Of a DNA stretch of 64,000 bases, positions 16,655 to 25,932 are shown one piece after another. Source of the DNA: a virus. The DNA is taken from positions 5,347-69,346 of the IMG/VR virus record IMGVR_UViG_3300010430_000027. One strand, written 5' to 3'. The position numbers and the translations under genes were made by a program. The notes under the pieces were generated by a model, which was not told the DNA's origin, did not search any database, and was given only the letters and a program-made list of their open reading frames with translations. Every line of letters starts with the position of its first letter. Position 1 is the stretch's first letter.

Positions 16655-17022
16655 AGAAATACGACATACAAGAAATTACGTCTGCATTTATAAGAGCGCA
16701 AGATAAAGGTAGTGTAGCTCTGGTAAATGTCTTATTGGAACTGGAGATTGAGGAATGGTATCCAGCCGTGGATGAAATTGTGTGGAGCGAAGAGAGGAAT
16801 GCGTATGTATTGTATTCTATTACCAAAAATTCAAATGACGACGTTTCGCCTATATCTATAAGTAATACCCGTTTTGAACCAATGTTACATCTTCTGAGAA
16901 GGATAGCTGCCAATTTGGAAGCATTTCCAGATGTCGCTGCCAAGAAGTTTATTGAGACGCACTATAAGTCGATGGGGTTTCCTTTGAGATTGCACAATTT
17001 GGGAGAGAAATATGACACATAA
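16651..17022 (+). CDS. Hypothetical protein
   Basis: ATGA overlap with the MazG-like gene. Confidence 0.6.
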   Translation: MKKYDIQEITSAFIRAQDKGSVALVNVLLELEIEEWYPAVDEIVWSEERNAYVLYSITKNSNDDVSPISISNTRFEPMLHLLRRIAANLEAFPDVAAKKFIETHYKSMGFPLRLHNLGEKYDT

Positions 17023-17131
17023 TCGTTGGAAGTATGATAGTGTAAAACTTTTCAGCTGGACGGCAGTTATGATCAGCGGGGTGGTCTTTTGGGGGTTAGC
17101 TATATGGGGACTCCGTTGTGCATTCTCATGA
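17012..17131 (+). CDS. 39-aa membrane peptide (below the ORF-track cutoff)
   Basis: GGAG RBS; translates as MTHNRWKYDSVKLFSWTAVMISGVVFWGLAIWGLRCAFS*. Confidence 0.5.
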   Translation: MTHNRWKYDSVKLFSWTAVMISGVVFWGLAIWGLRCAFS

Positions 17132-17339
17132 TAAAATATACCTTCCTATATGTCCAGTGTGCAAGCTCTACCCTGTGGCGTCCAATAGGGAAGGTGGGGC
17201 TGTTTCCAGTACGTGTGGAGTGGAATGCAGTCAAATCAAAAATGCTTCTTCCACCGACAAAGACGCCAGAACCAAGTGGTTGAAGAAGAATGCCTGTAAT
17301 AAGTCATTCAATAAATTCCTATATGGGAAAGGAAGATGA
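17118..17339 (+). CDS. Small Cys-rich protein
   Basis: CPVC...CGVEC; stop overlaps the next ATG; start uncertain. Confidence 0.4.
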   Translation: MHSHDKIYLPICPVCKLYPVASNREGGAVSSTCGVECSQIKNASSTDKDARTKWLKKNACNKSFNKFLYGKGR

Positions 17340-17527
17340 CAATCTATCAAACTAATGTTTGGATTTGTGATGGTTGCGGTCGTATTGAAACCACAACAGA
17401 AAGAGTCTCAGCTTATAGCGACCCTGTAGTTGCCTTACCTGATCAAGAATGGGAGTGGGTAAAAACACTGGATATGCGCTACGAGGAATTTGTGTGTCCC
17501 AAATGCCAGGAGGGTTATTGTGAATAA
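17336..17527 (+). CDS. Small zinc-ribbon protein
   Basis: CDGCG...CPKC. Confidence 0.65.
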   Translation: MTIYQTNVWICDGCGRIETTTERVSAYSDPVVALPDQEWEWVKTLDMRYEEFVCPKCQEGYCE

Positions 17528-17843
17528 ACACGATGAATTGATAGCGCGGTTGGATTGGCGAGCCAATAAACTTGCTGGCCCCGGTTGGTTAATGCATAAC
17601 TGTGTCGCTGATTTGCGAGATGCACAGCAACTACTCCAACTCTACGGCGATGCGCTAGAAGCGATAGCAGCAGAGTCACAAATGAAAATACCTACTGGTA
17701 ATGGCTGGACATATACCTACTCCGAGATGGCAGCTAAAGCCCTAGCGGGCGAAACGATAGAGGGAGAAACCCTGGCTGACGCCCTAACTAAAGGTATTAA
17801 AGAGGGGTGGATAGAACCACCGACAACGGTAGAGGGAGAATGA
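17520..17843 (+). CDS. Hypothetical protein
   Basis: GGAGG RBS before GTG 17520. Confidence 0.6.
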   Translation: MNKHDELIARLDWRANKLAGPGWLMHNCVADLRDAQQLLQLYGDALEAIAAESQMKIPTGNGWTYTYSEMAAKALAGETIEGETLADALTKGIKEGWIEPPTTVEGE

Positions 17844-17844
17844 T

Positions 17845-18072
17845 ATGACTGTTAACGTAAATGGCGAGAGCCAGACACTAATAGAAGACCAGCAGAAGCG
17901 CATCGATGAGTTGGAAGCACAACAACGCACTAATGAAAGAAAGTTATTAGACGAAGGAACTGAAGTGGGATTACTCCAGGCACAGGTTAAGGAACGGGAC
18001 GAACGTATTAATCAGCTTGAAACTGCATTGGAAGGTAGTGTAGCTCTGGTAAATGTCTTACTGCACGATTAG
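17845..18072 (+). CDS. Hypothetical coiled-coil protein
   Basis: GGAG RBS; shares DQQKRI and LQAQVKE with downstream genes. Confidence 0.6.
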   Translation: MTVNVNGESQTLIEDQQKRIDELEAQQRTNERKLLDEGTEVGLLQAQVKERDERINQLETALEGSVALVNVLLHD

Positions 18073-18245
18073 TAGCCATAAAACAATTTCTGCAACGTGA
18101 GTTTGATAACGCCAAGGATATTGATGCGATTGATAAAGCCATCACCGCGCTACCCACAGTTGACCCACTACAGGCACAGGTTAAGGAACTGGAAAGGAAA
18201 GTCTTATGGTTGGAAAGCAACTGGGTTAACCCTACAGGAGAATGA
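18069..18245 (+). pseudogene. Start-less coiled-coil gene remnant
   Basis: Open frame LVAIKQFLQREFDN...LQAQVKELERKVLWLESNWVNPTGE* with no ATG/GTG/TTG at its 5' end after the upstream in-frame TAG. Confidence 0.4.
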
Positions 18246-18248
18246 ATT

Positions 18249-18623
18249 ATGAGTGACCTAACAGGATTATCACAAGCTGCGCTCTCAAAAATTATTGCAG
18301 ACCAGCAGAAGCGCATCGGGGAACAGCGCAAAGAATATGTAATCTTAGAACAGAAATACTTTGAGCTACAGGCACAGGTTGATGGTTATCGAAAAGACTA
18401 TGCATTGGTTGTTGAGGCCTGTGAGACGCAGCAAGCCCGTATCGAGGAACTGGAAGCTGATAAAGCAAACATATTAGCCAATACAGATAAATCAGCATTA
18501 AGGCTAGTTAACCTAAACAAAGAGCTACAGGCACAGGTTAAGGAACTGGAAGCTGATATTAAGTGGCTAACTTCTAATCGCCTGAAACTGGAAGCAGCCC
18601 TACAGGAGAATAATGATGAGTGA
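18249..18623 (+). CDS. Hypothetical coiled-coil protein
   Basis: CAGGAG RBS; repeated LQAQV and IEELEA. Confidence 0.65.
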   Translation: MSDLTGLSQAALSKIIADQQKRIGEQRKEYVILEQKYFELQAQVDGYRKDYALVVEACETQQARIEELEADKANILANTDKSALRLVNLNKELQAQVKELEADIKWLTSNRLKLEAALQENNDE

Positions 18624-18801
18624 TTTAACTGAAAAGCTAGAGTACTACGACTCAATTACTAAACAGGAAGCAGTCGATCGCATCGAGGAACTGGAAGCTG
18701 CGCTAAAAGGAATAGCCGCGAGAAGGCATTGTTTCAGTGATATAAACGGTTGCGGCGCAGCATCCACAGCCAGAGCAGCCCTACAGGAGAATGAATTATG
18801 A
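18613..18801 (+). CDS. Hypothetical protein
   Basis: CAGGAG RBS; paralogous C-terminus AALQEN. Confidence 0.6.
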   Translation: MMSDLTEKLEYYDSITKQEAVDRIEELEAALKGIAARRHCFSDINGCGAASTARAALQENEL

Positions 18802-18977
18802 GTGATAGAAGCCCGCGAGGTCGCAGAATGCCGGAAACAAGAGAGCAATTCGAGGAGATGGCTGATCTATGCGAGCAGGCGTTACTAAGGAAGGATACCG
18901 AAATAGCGTTACTCAAAGCCAGGGTTAACCGATTACAGCAGTGGAAGGATAAACACAATAGGCAGGTGACAATATGA
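18798..18977 (+). CDS. 59-aa hypothetical protein (below the ORF-track cutoff)
   Basis: CAGGAG RBS and ATGA overlap; MSDRSPRGRRMPETREQFEEMADLCEQALLRKDTEIALLKARVNRLQQWKDKHNRQVTI*. Confidence 0.55.
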   Translation: MSDRSPRGRRMPETREQFEEMADLCEQALLRKDTEIALLKARVNRLQQWKDKHNRQVTI

Positions 18978-19053
18978 GTGAATGCTTAATGACAGGCACG
19001 AAAGATTATCGAAATACAAAACTACAGAAGGCGAGAACTAGAAGGCGAAAACT

Positions 19054-19599
19054 ATGAACGAGACTGAAAAAATGGTAAAACCTACAATAGAACACCTCGC
19101 GGTGCTGGATCGTATGCACCCATCCGAAAAAGACGGACTAGCCGTTGATATCTTGGAAGATACAATAAGAAATTTGAAAGAACAACAAATATTGATTGAT
19201 TCGTTGAGGGCCTCCACAATCTATGCGAAATGGGAAAGTGCAATGGCGGAAATTGATGACTTACGGGATAAGATTGAAACTTATGAGAGTACTGTCAACG
19301 TCGTAGTGGATCAGAACAATCGCATCCACTGGTTGAAAGAAAGAAATGTCAAGTTAAAACGGGAAGTAAATAAACTAAGTACCACCGTAAACATGTATGA
19401 AGACGCACCACTGCAGATTGAAACCGATAAAGACGGTGTGACATGGCTGACCGCTGCAGCGTTCGGTACCACGTTTAGATTAAACTTACACGATCTCCTC
19501 TTTTGTTTTCCCTTTGAAGGTACAAAAAAGAAAACAGAGGCATTCGAACGCGCACTGGACCAAGCAGCTATGCTGGGATCTTACAGGAGTAAGAAATGA
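19054..19599 (+). CDS. Hypothetical coiled-coil protein
   Basis: 181-aa ORF in the co-oriented small-gene cluster. Confidence 0.65.
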   Translation: MNETEKMVKPTIEHLAVLDRMHPSEKDGLAVDILEDTIRNLKEQQILIDSLRASTIYAKWESAMAEIDDLRDKIETYESTVNVVVDQNNRIHWLKERNVKLKREVNKLSTTVNMYEDAPLQIETDKDGVTWLTAAAFGTTFRLNLHDLLFCFPFEGTKKKTEAFERALDQAAMLGSYRSKK

Positions 19600-19799
19600 A
19601 TTTAAATCAAATTGTAATGAGCCATGAGCAAATGCATCAGGCTGTGGAGTGTTACTTGAATGAGCACGTATTGAAGTCCAAGGTATACGTAAAAGGTGTG
19701 TCAATGGTCAGCCAAGGTGGTTCATTCGTCATCAAACTGGATAGCAAGCCGATTGGAATGCCCAGTGATACAGTGAAAGACTATCCGTTGGATACCTAA
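19596..19799 (+). CDS. Hypothetical protein
   Basis: AGGAG RBS; ATGA overlap. Confidence 0.6.
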   Translation: MNLNQIVMSHEQMHQAVECYLNEHVLKSKVYVKGVSMVSQGGSFVIKLDSKPIGMPSDTVKDYPLDT

Positions 19800-19814
19800 T
19801 ATTGAGGCTAAGAT

Positions 19815-20162
19815 ATGACGACTTTATTGATAACTTCAGCAGCCTTTATGTTGCTTGTGAGCATAGTGTTCACTACAAGAGTATTAGTATTACAAATCAG
19901 TCTGTATCGCTTAGAAGAGCACATGGAACACTTCTATTACGTGGGGGCTTCACTTGAAGATTTTATGGAAGATAGAGAGCACGAAACAACACATGTTGAA
20001 ATAGTGGACTTAGCGATAGAAGAAGAGCACGGCAATTTATATCAAGAGTATCTTCATTCGAAGACTCTGAAACGTTACGTCAGTGATTACAGCAATTGTA
20101 ATATAGTTGATAGCAAGATAGTAAACAAGGCATATAAAGCAGGAGATGATTGTGAAGCATAA
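19815..20162 (+). CDS. Hypothetical protein with N-terminal TM helix
   Basis: GAGG RBS; hydrophobic N-terminus. Confidence 0.6.
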   Translation: MTTLLITSAAFMLLVSIVFTTRVLVLQISLYRLEEHMEHFYYVGASLEDFMEDREHETTHVEIVDLAIEEEHGNLYQEYLHSKTLKRYVSDYSNCNIVDSKIVNKAYKAGDDCEA

Positions 20163-20331
20163 GTTCAAACCAAGGTATCGCAAGGGAGTACCGCCCAGAC
20201 ACTATTGCAGCGTATGCGGTGAAAAGAAGGAAGAGACTTTAAAACTCTTGGAAGCGATATCAATAAAGGATTACCATTATGTTGGCACTGCTCCATCTTT
20301 GGCTTTAGATGCATCCAAAATCAAAATCTAA
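20146..20331 (+). CDS. Small hypothetical protein
   Basis: AGGAG RBS; CSVCG motif. Confidence 0.45.
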   Translation: MIVKHKFKPRYRKGVPPRHYCSVCGEKKEETLKLLEAISIKDYHYVGTAPSLALDASKIKI

Positions 20332-20345
20332 CCCAGGAGAATACT

Positions 20346-20648
20346 GTGAATCGTAATGACAATGAAGATCTTTTGAATATCGAAGGCCTCGACAAGGCCG
20401 ATCTTTTGATAGCACTATACGAAAATGCCCATGTGCAAGGCGTGGGCATTCTTCAAGCCACGGATGAACCTCTCACACATAGCAAAGCAAAAGAATTACT
20501 GGAGGGTTACACATACTTTGACTATCTATATGGCAGAGTGATGAAGATTGATTTGGGCGAAAGTGTATTGAACCCTCATCTATATGACAGAGATAACGGT
20601 CATGGAGCCTGTGCAGCTGTGGTGCAGACAGTGAGGGACAACTCATGA
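20346..20648 (+). CDS. Conserved-looking hypothetical protein
   Basis: AGGAG RBS; motif YFDYLYGRVMKIDL...YDRDNG.GA. Confidence 0.7.
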   Translation: MNRNDNEDLLNIEGLDKADLLIALYENAHVQGVGILQATDEPLTHSKAKELLEGYTYFDYLYGRVMKIDLGESVLNPHLYDRDNGHGACAAVVQTVRDNS

Positions 20649-20848
20649 TTGTCAGGTACATTGGAACCAATCATAGAAAAAAGATAAGTAAGCGGAACAG
20701 GCAAAACGGTCAAATAAATGCTTACAAACAAGACATAATTGACCATGGTAGAAAGTCGGAAGAAAAGAACGGGCGTATATACTATGACCGAACAATGCCA
20801 AGTAGAGACAGAAAGAGGACAGTGCTGCAACGCGTAAGGGTGGCGTGA
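20645..20848 (+). CDS. Small basic hypothetical protein
   Basis: ATGA/GTGA overlaps with neighbours. Confidence 0.5.
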   Translation: MIVRYIGTNHRKKISKRNRQNGQINAYKQDIIDHGRKSEEKNGRIYYDRTMPSRDRKRTVLQRVRVA

Positions 20849-21081
20849 TGAGAGAATATAGAATAGTTATCGAGTATTCTGTCGACAAAACCCACAACCA
20901 AGTACGTGATGGAGTGAAGCAAGAGTTAATCAATCAAGACTATGAGGACGAAATAAACGAAGTGCATCTAGTGGACAAGATGCTGAGTTTATTGAATAAA
21001 GAAAAAGCACATGAACATGACTTCGCAGAATTATCAGAATTGGTAACAATGAAGAAGCCTGTTCTGGTGAAGGACTGGTGA
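20845..21081 (+). CDS. Hypothetical protein
   Basis: Coupled to neighbours by overlapping start and stop codons. Confidence 0.55.
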   Translation: MMREYRIVIEYSVDKTHNQVRDGVKQELINQDYEDEINEVHLVDKMLSLLNKEKAHEHDFAELSELVTMKKPVLVKDW

Positions 21082-21287
21082 TGACAACAGCCCCTCACAT
21101 AAAGATCGGGCCATCCGATCCGTATCCCTTGGACGTATTTACGAGGGCATGTCAATTGTTGTGGCTAGAAAGCAATCAACGATTTTCTATTAGAGATATT
21201 ATCTTCATATTGAAGAAGGAGTTTGGAAGAAGTGCGTATACTATCTGCGAAATATTATCCAAAGGAGAAGGAAGAGACAGCGATTGA
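21078..21287 (+). CDS. Hypothetical protein
   Basis: AAGGA RBS; overlap with the previous stop. Confidence 0.5.
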   Translation: MMTTAPHIKIGPSDPYPLDVFTRACQLLWLESNQRFSIRDIIFILKKEFGRSAYTICEILSKGEGRDSD

Positions 21288-21369
21288 GACAGTTATAAGC
21301 TCAATTATATTATTAATCATATTGGTGATGGTATTAGGACTGCTACTCATCTAGCTACGAGGACAACCA

Positions 21370-21777
21370 ATGAAAGAACAAACCAGGACAGGACATAGGT
21401 ACGAATTTGACGGTAGGAAATATATGGTCGTGGAGCCCACAGGAGAGCTTCTTAAAAGTACGCTATTGCGAGACAAACTGCAATCCACGAAAGATACAGT
21501 TGTGGTGGATCTCAGTAGTGGTCTGTTGCATATACATAAATACCCAGAGTCTAACTATAAGATTTGGTATCATTCGTTCAACACAGGAGTCAAGCACGGA
21601 GTAGCAGTGACAGATAGACTGAGTACGTTTCAGAGTATCCACGTCTTGTACAATAAATATGGAAAAGGTACAATCGTATGTCCAGAGATAGGACGGGCGT
21701 ATTGGTATGATGGCGACGACAGCATGCTGTTTGACTCTCTTAAAATGATATATACATTGTTGGAGGACAACACATGA
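21370..21777 (+). CDS. Hypothetical protein
   Basis: GAGGA RBS; 135 aa. Confidence 0.65.
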   Translation: MKEQTRTGHRYEFDGRKYMVVEPTGELLKSTLLRDKLQSTKDTVVVDLSSGLLHIHKYPESNYKIWYHSFNTGVKHGVAVTDRLSTFQSIHVLYNKYGKGTIVCPEIGRAYWYDGDDSMLFDSLKMIYTLLEDNT

Positions 21778-22142
21778 AGCTTTTACCGATAGTACAAGGT
21801 TGCAGTGCGCTGATTGTATATGGGACTTTCTCAGGAAATGAGGTGAAGGTATTGTCCCCACTTCCTTTGGAATTCTATGGAGACGTATATCCACCAGGTA
21901 AAGTGGGCTCAGACAAGCTATGGTGTATAGACATGGGTCCAATCAATCTTGTGTGGCCAGAATTGGGACGCATTGGAGAACATCTGAAAGTCGTGTCATA
22001 CGAGTCATGGTTGATGCGGTTGGACGGTGGCTTTGAGGAAGGTGATCGTAGAAGTGCTTATCTGGAAATATCAAAAGAAGTGGCAACAAGTGTGCCGAGA
22101 AAGAAGTTGAAATTAAAGCAAGTAAATCTAACCAAGAGGTAA
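21774..22142 (+). CDS. Hypothetical protein
   Basis: GGAGG RBS; ATGA overlap. Confidence 0.65.
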   Translation: MKLLPIVQGCSALIVYGTFSGNEVKVLSPLPLEFYGDVYPPGKVGSDKLWCIDMGPINLVWPELGRIGEHLKVVSYESWLMRLDGGFEEGDRRSAYLEISKEVATSVPRKKLKLKQVNLTKR

Positions 22143-22147
22143 CGAAA

Positions 22148-22570
22148 ATGAACAAAGTTAAGATAAGTTTGAAAGAAGCAGGTGATTTCCTACAAGCAGG
22201 TTTTGTTGTTGAATGTTACGTGTTGCCTATGCAAGCCAGGGCCATCAACACACCATCAGCTAAACCTAAGAGTACCAACGGTAGTGGTGGTACCATAACC
22301 AAGGCCAATAAGGGAAAGCCAAATAAGAACGAAACAATAATGCCTGGCACACTGTTGACGTTGTCAATGGAGGGTAGGCCACCGGTCAAAGGTATAATGG
22401 GAGCTGCATGGAGCAAGACTGTGAAGGAGCTATGGAAACAGGATATTACCAAGGCGTATACCAGAAAACAGATAGAAAGTGTAATGAAGAGACACAAATG
22501 TGAAGATACAAGCGCTATAGCTTATATCACAAATAAGCTCAAGTGTCTCAGACGTTCGGCGGCTGTTTGA
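22148..22570 (+). CDS. Hypothetical basic protein
   Basis: GAGG RBS; Lys-rich. Confidence 0.65.
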   Translation: MNKVKISLKEAGDFLQAGFVVECYVLPMQARAINTPSAKPKSTNGSGGTITKANKGKPNKNETIMPGTLLTLSMEGRPPVKGIMGAAWSKTVKELWKQDITKAYTRKQIESVMKRHKCEDTSAIAYITNKLKCLRRSAAV

Positions 22571-22908
22571 TGGGTAAGTATTTCTGGCCCACAGGTGATG
22601 GTGCTCTGGACTGGAGATGGAAACAAAAAGCCGTTCCCGCAATGATGGAAGACCCTGTTAACGGAGTGTTATCCGGAGTTGTATGGATGTTCTATTTGGA
22701 GGATATTTTGGTGGGACAGTTGTCTAAGTTTAGAGGTTCTTGGACAGCAGTGTCTTACATAAAGCCTTCATTGGTTCAAGGCTTTAAGACCAGGCATGCT
22801 GGAGCTATTTATCTGCTGGAGTTTAACGATATGGAAATCAGAGAAAGAGTCAAAAAGCAGAAGCAACATGATAAGCTTCTTTCAGCACTCGATGAAAGAG
22901 TTACCTGA
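22570..22908 (+). CDS. Hypothetical protein
   Basis: TGATG coupling at 22570; last gene before a terminator. Confidence 0.6.
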   Translation: MGKYFWPTGDGALDWRWKQKAVPAMMEDPVNGVLSGVVWMFYLEDILVGQLSKFRGSWTAVSYIKPSLVQGFKTRHAGAIYLLEFNDMEIRERVKKQKQHDKLLSALDERVT

Positions 22909-22927
22909 CCAGTACATAAGTAATCAA

Positions 22928-22979
22928 CCCCTCTCTCATCATCCTTCGGGGTGGTGGGAGGGGACAACCTTTATTTTTT
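22928..22979 (+). terminator. Intrinsic terminator
   Basis: Long hairpin CCCCTCTCTCATCATCC-TTCG-GGGTGGTGGGAGGGG (C-UUCG-G loop) followed by TTTATTTTTT. Confidence 0.7.
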
Positions 22980-22996
22980 CGCAATCGGAGTTAATA

Positions 22997-23272
22997 GTGA
23001 CAAATTCAACGGGCGGCACCTATGACATGTCAAACAGAAGTAGAACCTCAAATCAGAAAGGTGTACATTGGTGCACCAGAAGAAACAAGTGGATATCATA
23101 TGGATACCACAAATTGAGATGCATTTACTTAGGTCAATACGACACTGAGGAGGAAGCCATAGAAGCAAGATTGGCATGTGATAAGAACCCACCTGAGAAG
23201 AAGAAAATAGAGATAGACGCATCAAATATGCAAACATGTAGGTCATTCACTAGATGTGACGATGACTATTGA
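22997..23272 (+). CDS. Stand-alone AP2-domain DNA-binding protein
   Basis: SNQKGVHW..RRNKW.SY...IYLGQYDTEEEAIEAR matches the AP2 domain pattern. Start is GTG 22997 (after GGAG) or ATG 23027. Confidence 0.7.
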   Translation: MTNSTGGTYDMSNRSRTSNQKGVHWCTRRNKWISYGYHKLRCIYLGQYDTEEEAIEARLACDKNPPEKKKIEIDASNMQTCRSFTRCDDDY

Positions 23273-23316
23273 CCCCTCAAAACCGCTCTCTTGTGGATAC
23301 CACACAAACGTTGATA

Positions 23317-23335
23317 GACCCCGTTAAATTAACCC
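23317..23335 (+). promoter_or_regulatory. 19-bp conserved motif, copy 2 (candidate phage RNAP promoter)
   Basis: GACCCCGTTAAATTAACCC at the start of the non-coding region before the terminase genes. Confidence 0.7.
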
Positions 23336-23943
23336 GAGTTTAGCTTGGCAAGAGTGTTAATGAGGATCTGCTTTAAAGTCGCTAAAGGAAAAATCTTAGC
23401 CCATGTGGGCACTCTACGTGTAGTAGTGCTCGACGCAAGTCGTGCCTGTCGGCATGAGACAACTCAATAATTGTAATTATTCTTATTTCAAAAATGCTGA
23501 ACAGTATTCAAAGGTTCACATTTAATGTACAATAATATATTACACCCAATTCGCTTCTTATACTGAACTATATTATACAATATAGATAACTTATAAGAAG
23601 CCATAATATTGACTCTCCAATTCGGGTTGTGGGGTTGATGGCCTCGGGCTTGAGGCCCCGGCCACAACAAACAGACCACAATGTCTCTCTGAGAAACATT
23701 AAGGGCAATTCAGTATTAAAACGAGTGAGACACAATTAAGGGTTCTTATCAAATGGGCATTTAACCCATTGTAGTGCTGAGAGTCCATCGCTATCGTTAA
23801 TTCGTTGATGTATTTTCAATATGAACTTTGAGCGGTGCCCTAGGGTTCACTAAAACTTTTCATTTTCTGTGTTTAAAAGATCGCTTCTTAATGCAATTTT
23901 TGTATAACCAGAACATACCTTTGATATAATAATTAGGAGTGAT

Positions 23944-24408
23944 ATGAGCGACGACGATAAAAAGCTTCCAGCTGCCCCTCATGGCGGCTTTGGTGGTAAG
24001 AGATTTATGGCCGGTTCACAACGCTCTAAAAGGCGTCTCAAGTCACTTAAATTTGACCCTATAGAAAAGCTCACTAAATTGTATGCTAGAATGGAAGAAG
24101 AAGATGAGTATTATACTGAGCTGCGAAAGGAAACATATGTAGTCAATATGGACGAAGAAGGGCAGACATTTAAACACCGATACAGTGGTGTGGCTCATAT
24201 GGCTCTCTTTGCCAACATGGAGAAGGTTGGTAACGACCTATTGAGGTATGCTTATGGACGCGTTCCAGAAACCTCCAATTTAAACGATGTACCAGCGTCA
24301 CCAATGAAAATCATCTTAAGTGGTGATAGCGTAGAACCAGGCAGGGCCGCTATAGTCATCAATCCACGTCATGAAGAGATTGAAGATGCTGAGTACACAG
24401 AGTCCTGA
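23944..24408 (+). CDS. Probable terminase small subunit
   Basis: AGGAG RBS; position upstream of terL, size 154 aa, N-terminal G.RF..G and a helical core. Confidence 0.55.
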   Translation: MSDDDKKLPAAPHGGFGGKRFMAGSQRSKRRLKSLKFDPIEKLTKLYARMEEEDEYYTELRKETYVVNMDEEGQTFKHRYSGVAHMALFANMEKVGNDLLRYAYGRVPETSNLNDVPASPMKIILSGDSVEPGRAAIVINPRHEEIEDAEYTES

Positions 24409-24592
24409 TCACGGCAAAGCATGGAAGAATCTAGACGAAGGTGAGATGTACTGTCCGATTTGTGCCATGATTTTGCAACCCATCAATGCATATGAAGTAT
24501 CCGAAAACATCCACGAAGGATATATCTATAAGCATAAAAATATTGATCATCGCAGGGAAGATCTCGCTGCATTAATGTTAGGTATCCAATAG
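24386..24592 (+). CDS. Small zinc-finger-like protein
   Basis: CPIC...H; stop overlaps the terL GTG start. Confidence 0.5.
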   Translation: MLSTQSPDHGKAWKNLDEGEMYCPICAMILQPINAYEVSENIHEGYIYKHKNIDHRREDLAALMLGIQ

Positions 24593-25932
24593 TGGCTGAT
24601 ATAGTATTGCATCCAGGGCAATCTGAAGTATTTAAAGATATGTTCGTTAATCAGACCACTAGGTTCGGTGCTGTATGCGCAGCCAGAGGGTGGGGTAAGT
24701 CGTATTTCGCAGCAGCCACAGCAATGACAGCCGTACACGAGTTGATGGCGCTGGATGCCTCAATTCCCAATAAAAATGTATATATCATAGCTCCCACTTA
24801 CGAACAAGTGAGAGACATATACTGGCCCATATTGGCGTATGAGATGGGTGCCGAAGTCTTATCTGTTAGATCCAGACGCGATGTTGGCAGATTCATATTT
24901 CCAAACAATGTAGAATTACGTCTCGTGTCTTATGAAGCAGTTGAGAGACTCAGAGGTAAGGGTGCTTACTTTGTTGTGGGCGATGAGATATCGTCTTGGA
25001 AGAAAGGAATAGGCCCCAAAGAAGCTTGGGAAGGTATCATACAGCCTGCCATAGTCACACGTTGGGGCAGAGCCAGAGCCGCCTACTATGGTGCTCCCTC
25101 TCCAGGTAGAGCTTTAAACATATCCACTCCCAAAGGATATAATTTCTTCTATGATATGTACAATTATCAGGAGACCGATTCGGAGTGGGCATCATATCAT
25201 TATGATTATACCAAGTCGCCTTACATCGATGCCGATGAGATCGAAAGAATCAAGCACACCATCGATCCTATTGAGTTCGCATCGGAATACATGGCCTCAT
25301 TCGAGGACTCAGGTAATAACGTCTTTTACTGCTTCGATAGAAAGATCCATGTCAGGAAAGACCTTGATGATTTCGCAGAAGGTGAGAACGTCCATGCAAT
25401 GATCGACTTCAATGTCGGCATTATGGCCACATCGATAGGTGCCATTAGAGCAGGACAGCTACACATCTTATATGAAAAGATGGGGCATCCAGACACAGAG
25501 AATTTGGCGATATCTCTTGCAGCAGACTATAACAAAGAGCATAAAGTGTTTGTATATCCAGATCCCACAGGCAACTCACGTAAAACATCCGCTCCTGTGG
25601 GCATTACGGATTTCTCTATACTACGAGACCCCACTTATAAGTTCACTTTATTGTCCAGAAAGAAATCCCCGCCCATAGTGGACAGTGTTGCAGCGGTTAA
25701 CAGGAAGCTCATGACAGCGGCAGGAGAGGTCTCGTTCTTCATCCATCCCAGGTGTACCAATACAATAAAGTCATTGGAACGCACTCGGTGGATGGATAAC
25801 AATGTTAACACAGCCACAATTGATAAATCCGATAATATAGAGCATCATTCAGATGGCGTTCGTTACGGTGTAGAGTATGTATGGCCCATACGCAATCGTA
25901 AGGGTGTCATCCACAGAGGATTCAATTTCTAA
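24592..25932 (+). CDS. terL: Terminase large subunit
   Basis: LHPGQ, Walker A AARGWGKS, Walker B VVGDE, coupling motif ISTPKG, nuclease motifs IDFN and HHSDGVRY. Confidence 0.95.
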   Translation: MADIVLHPGQSEVFKDMFVNQTTRFGAVCAARGWGKSYFAAATAMTAVHELMALDASIPNKNVYIIAPTYEQVRDIYWPILAYEMGAEVLSVRSRRDVGRFIFPNNVELRLVSYEAVERLRGKGAYFVVGDEISSWKKGIGPKEAWEGIIQPAIVTRWGRARAAYYGAPSPGRALNISTPKGYNFFYDMYNYQETDSEWASYHYDYTKSPYIDADEIERIKHTIDPIEFASEYMASFEDSGNNVFYCFDRKIHVRKDLDDFAEGENVHAMIDFNVGIMATSIGAIRAGQLHILYEKMGHPDTENLAISLAADYNKEHKVFVYPDPTGNSRKTSAPVGITDFSILRDPTYKFTLLSRKKSPPIVDSVAAVNRKLMTAAGEVSFFIHPRCTNTIKSLERTRWMDNNVNTATIDKSDNIEHHSDGVRYGVEYVWPIRNRKGVIHRGFNF

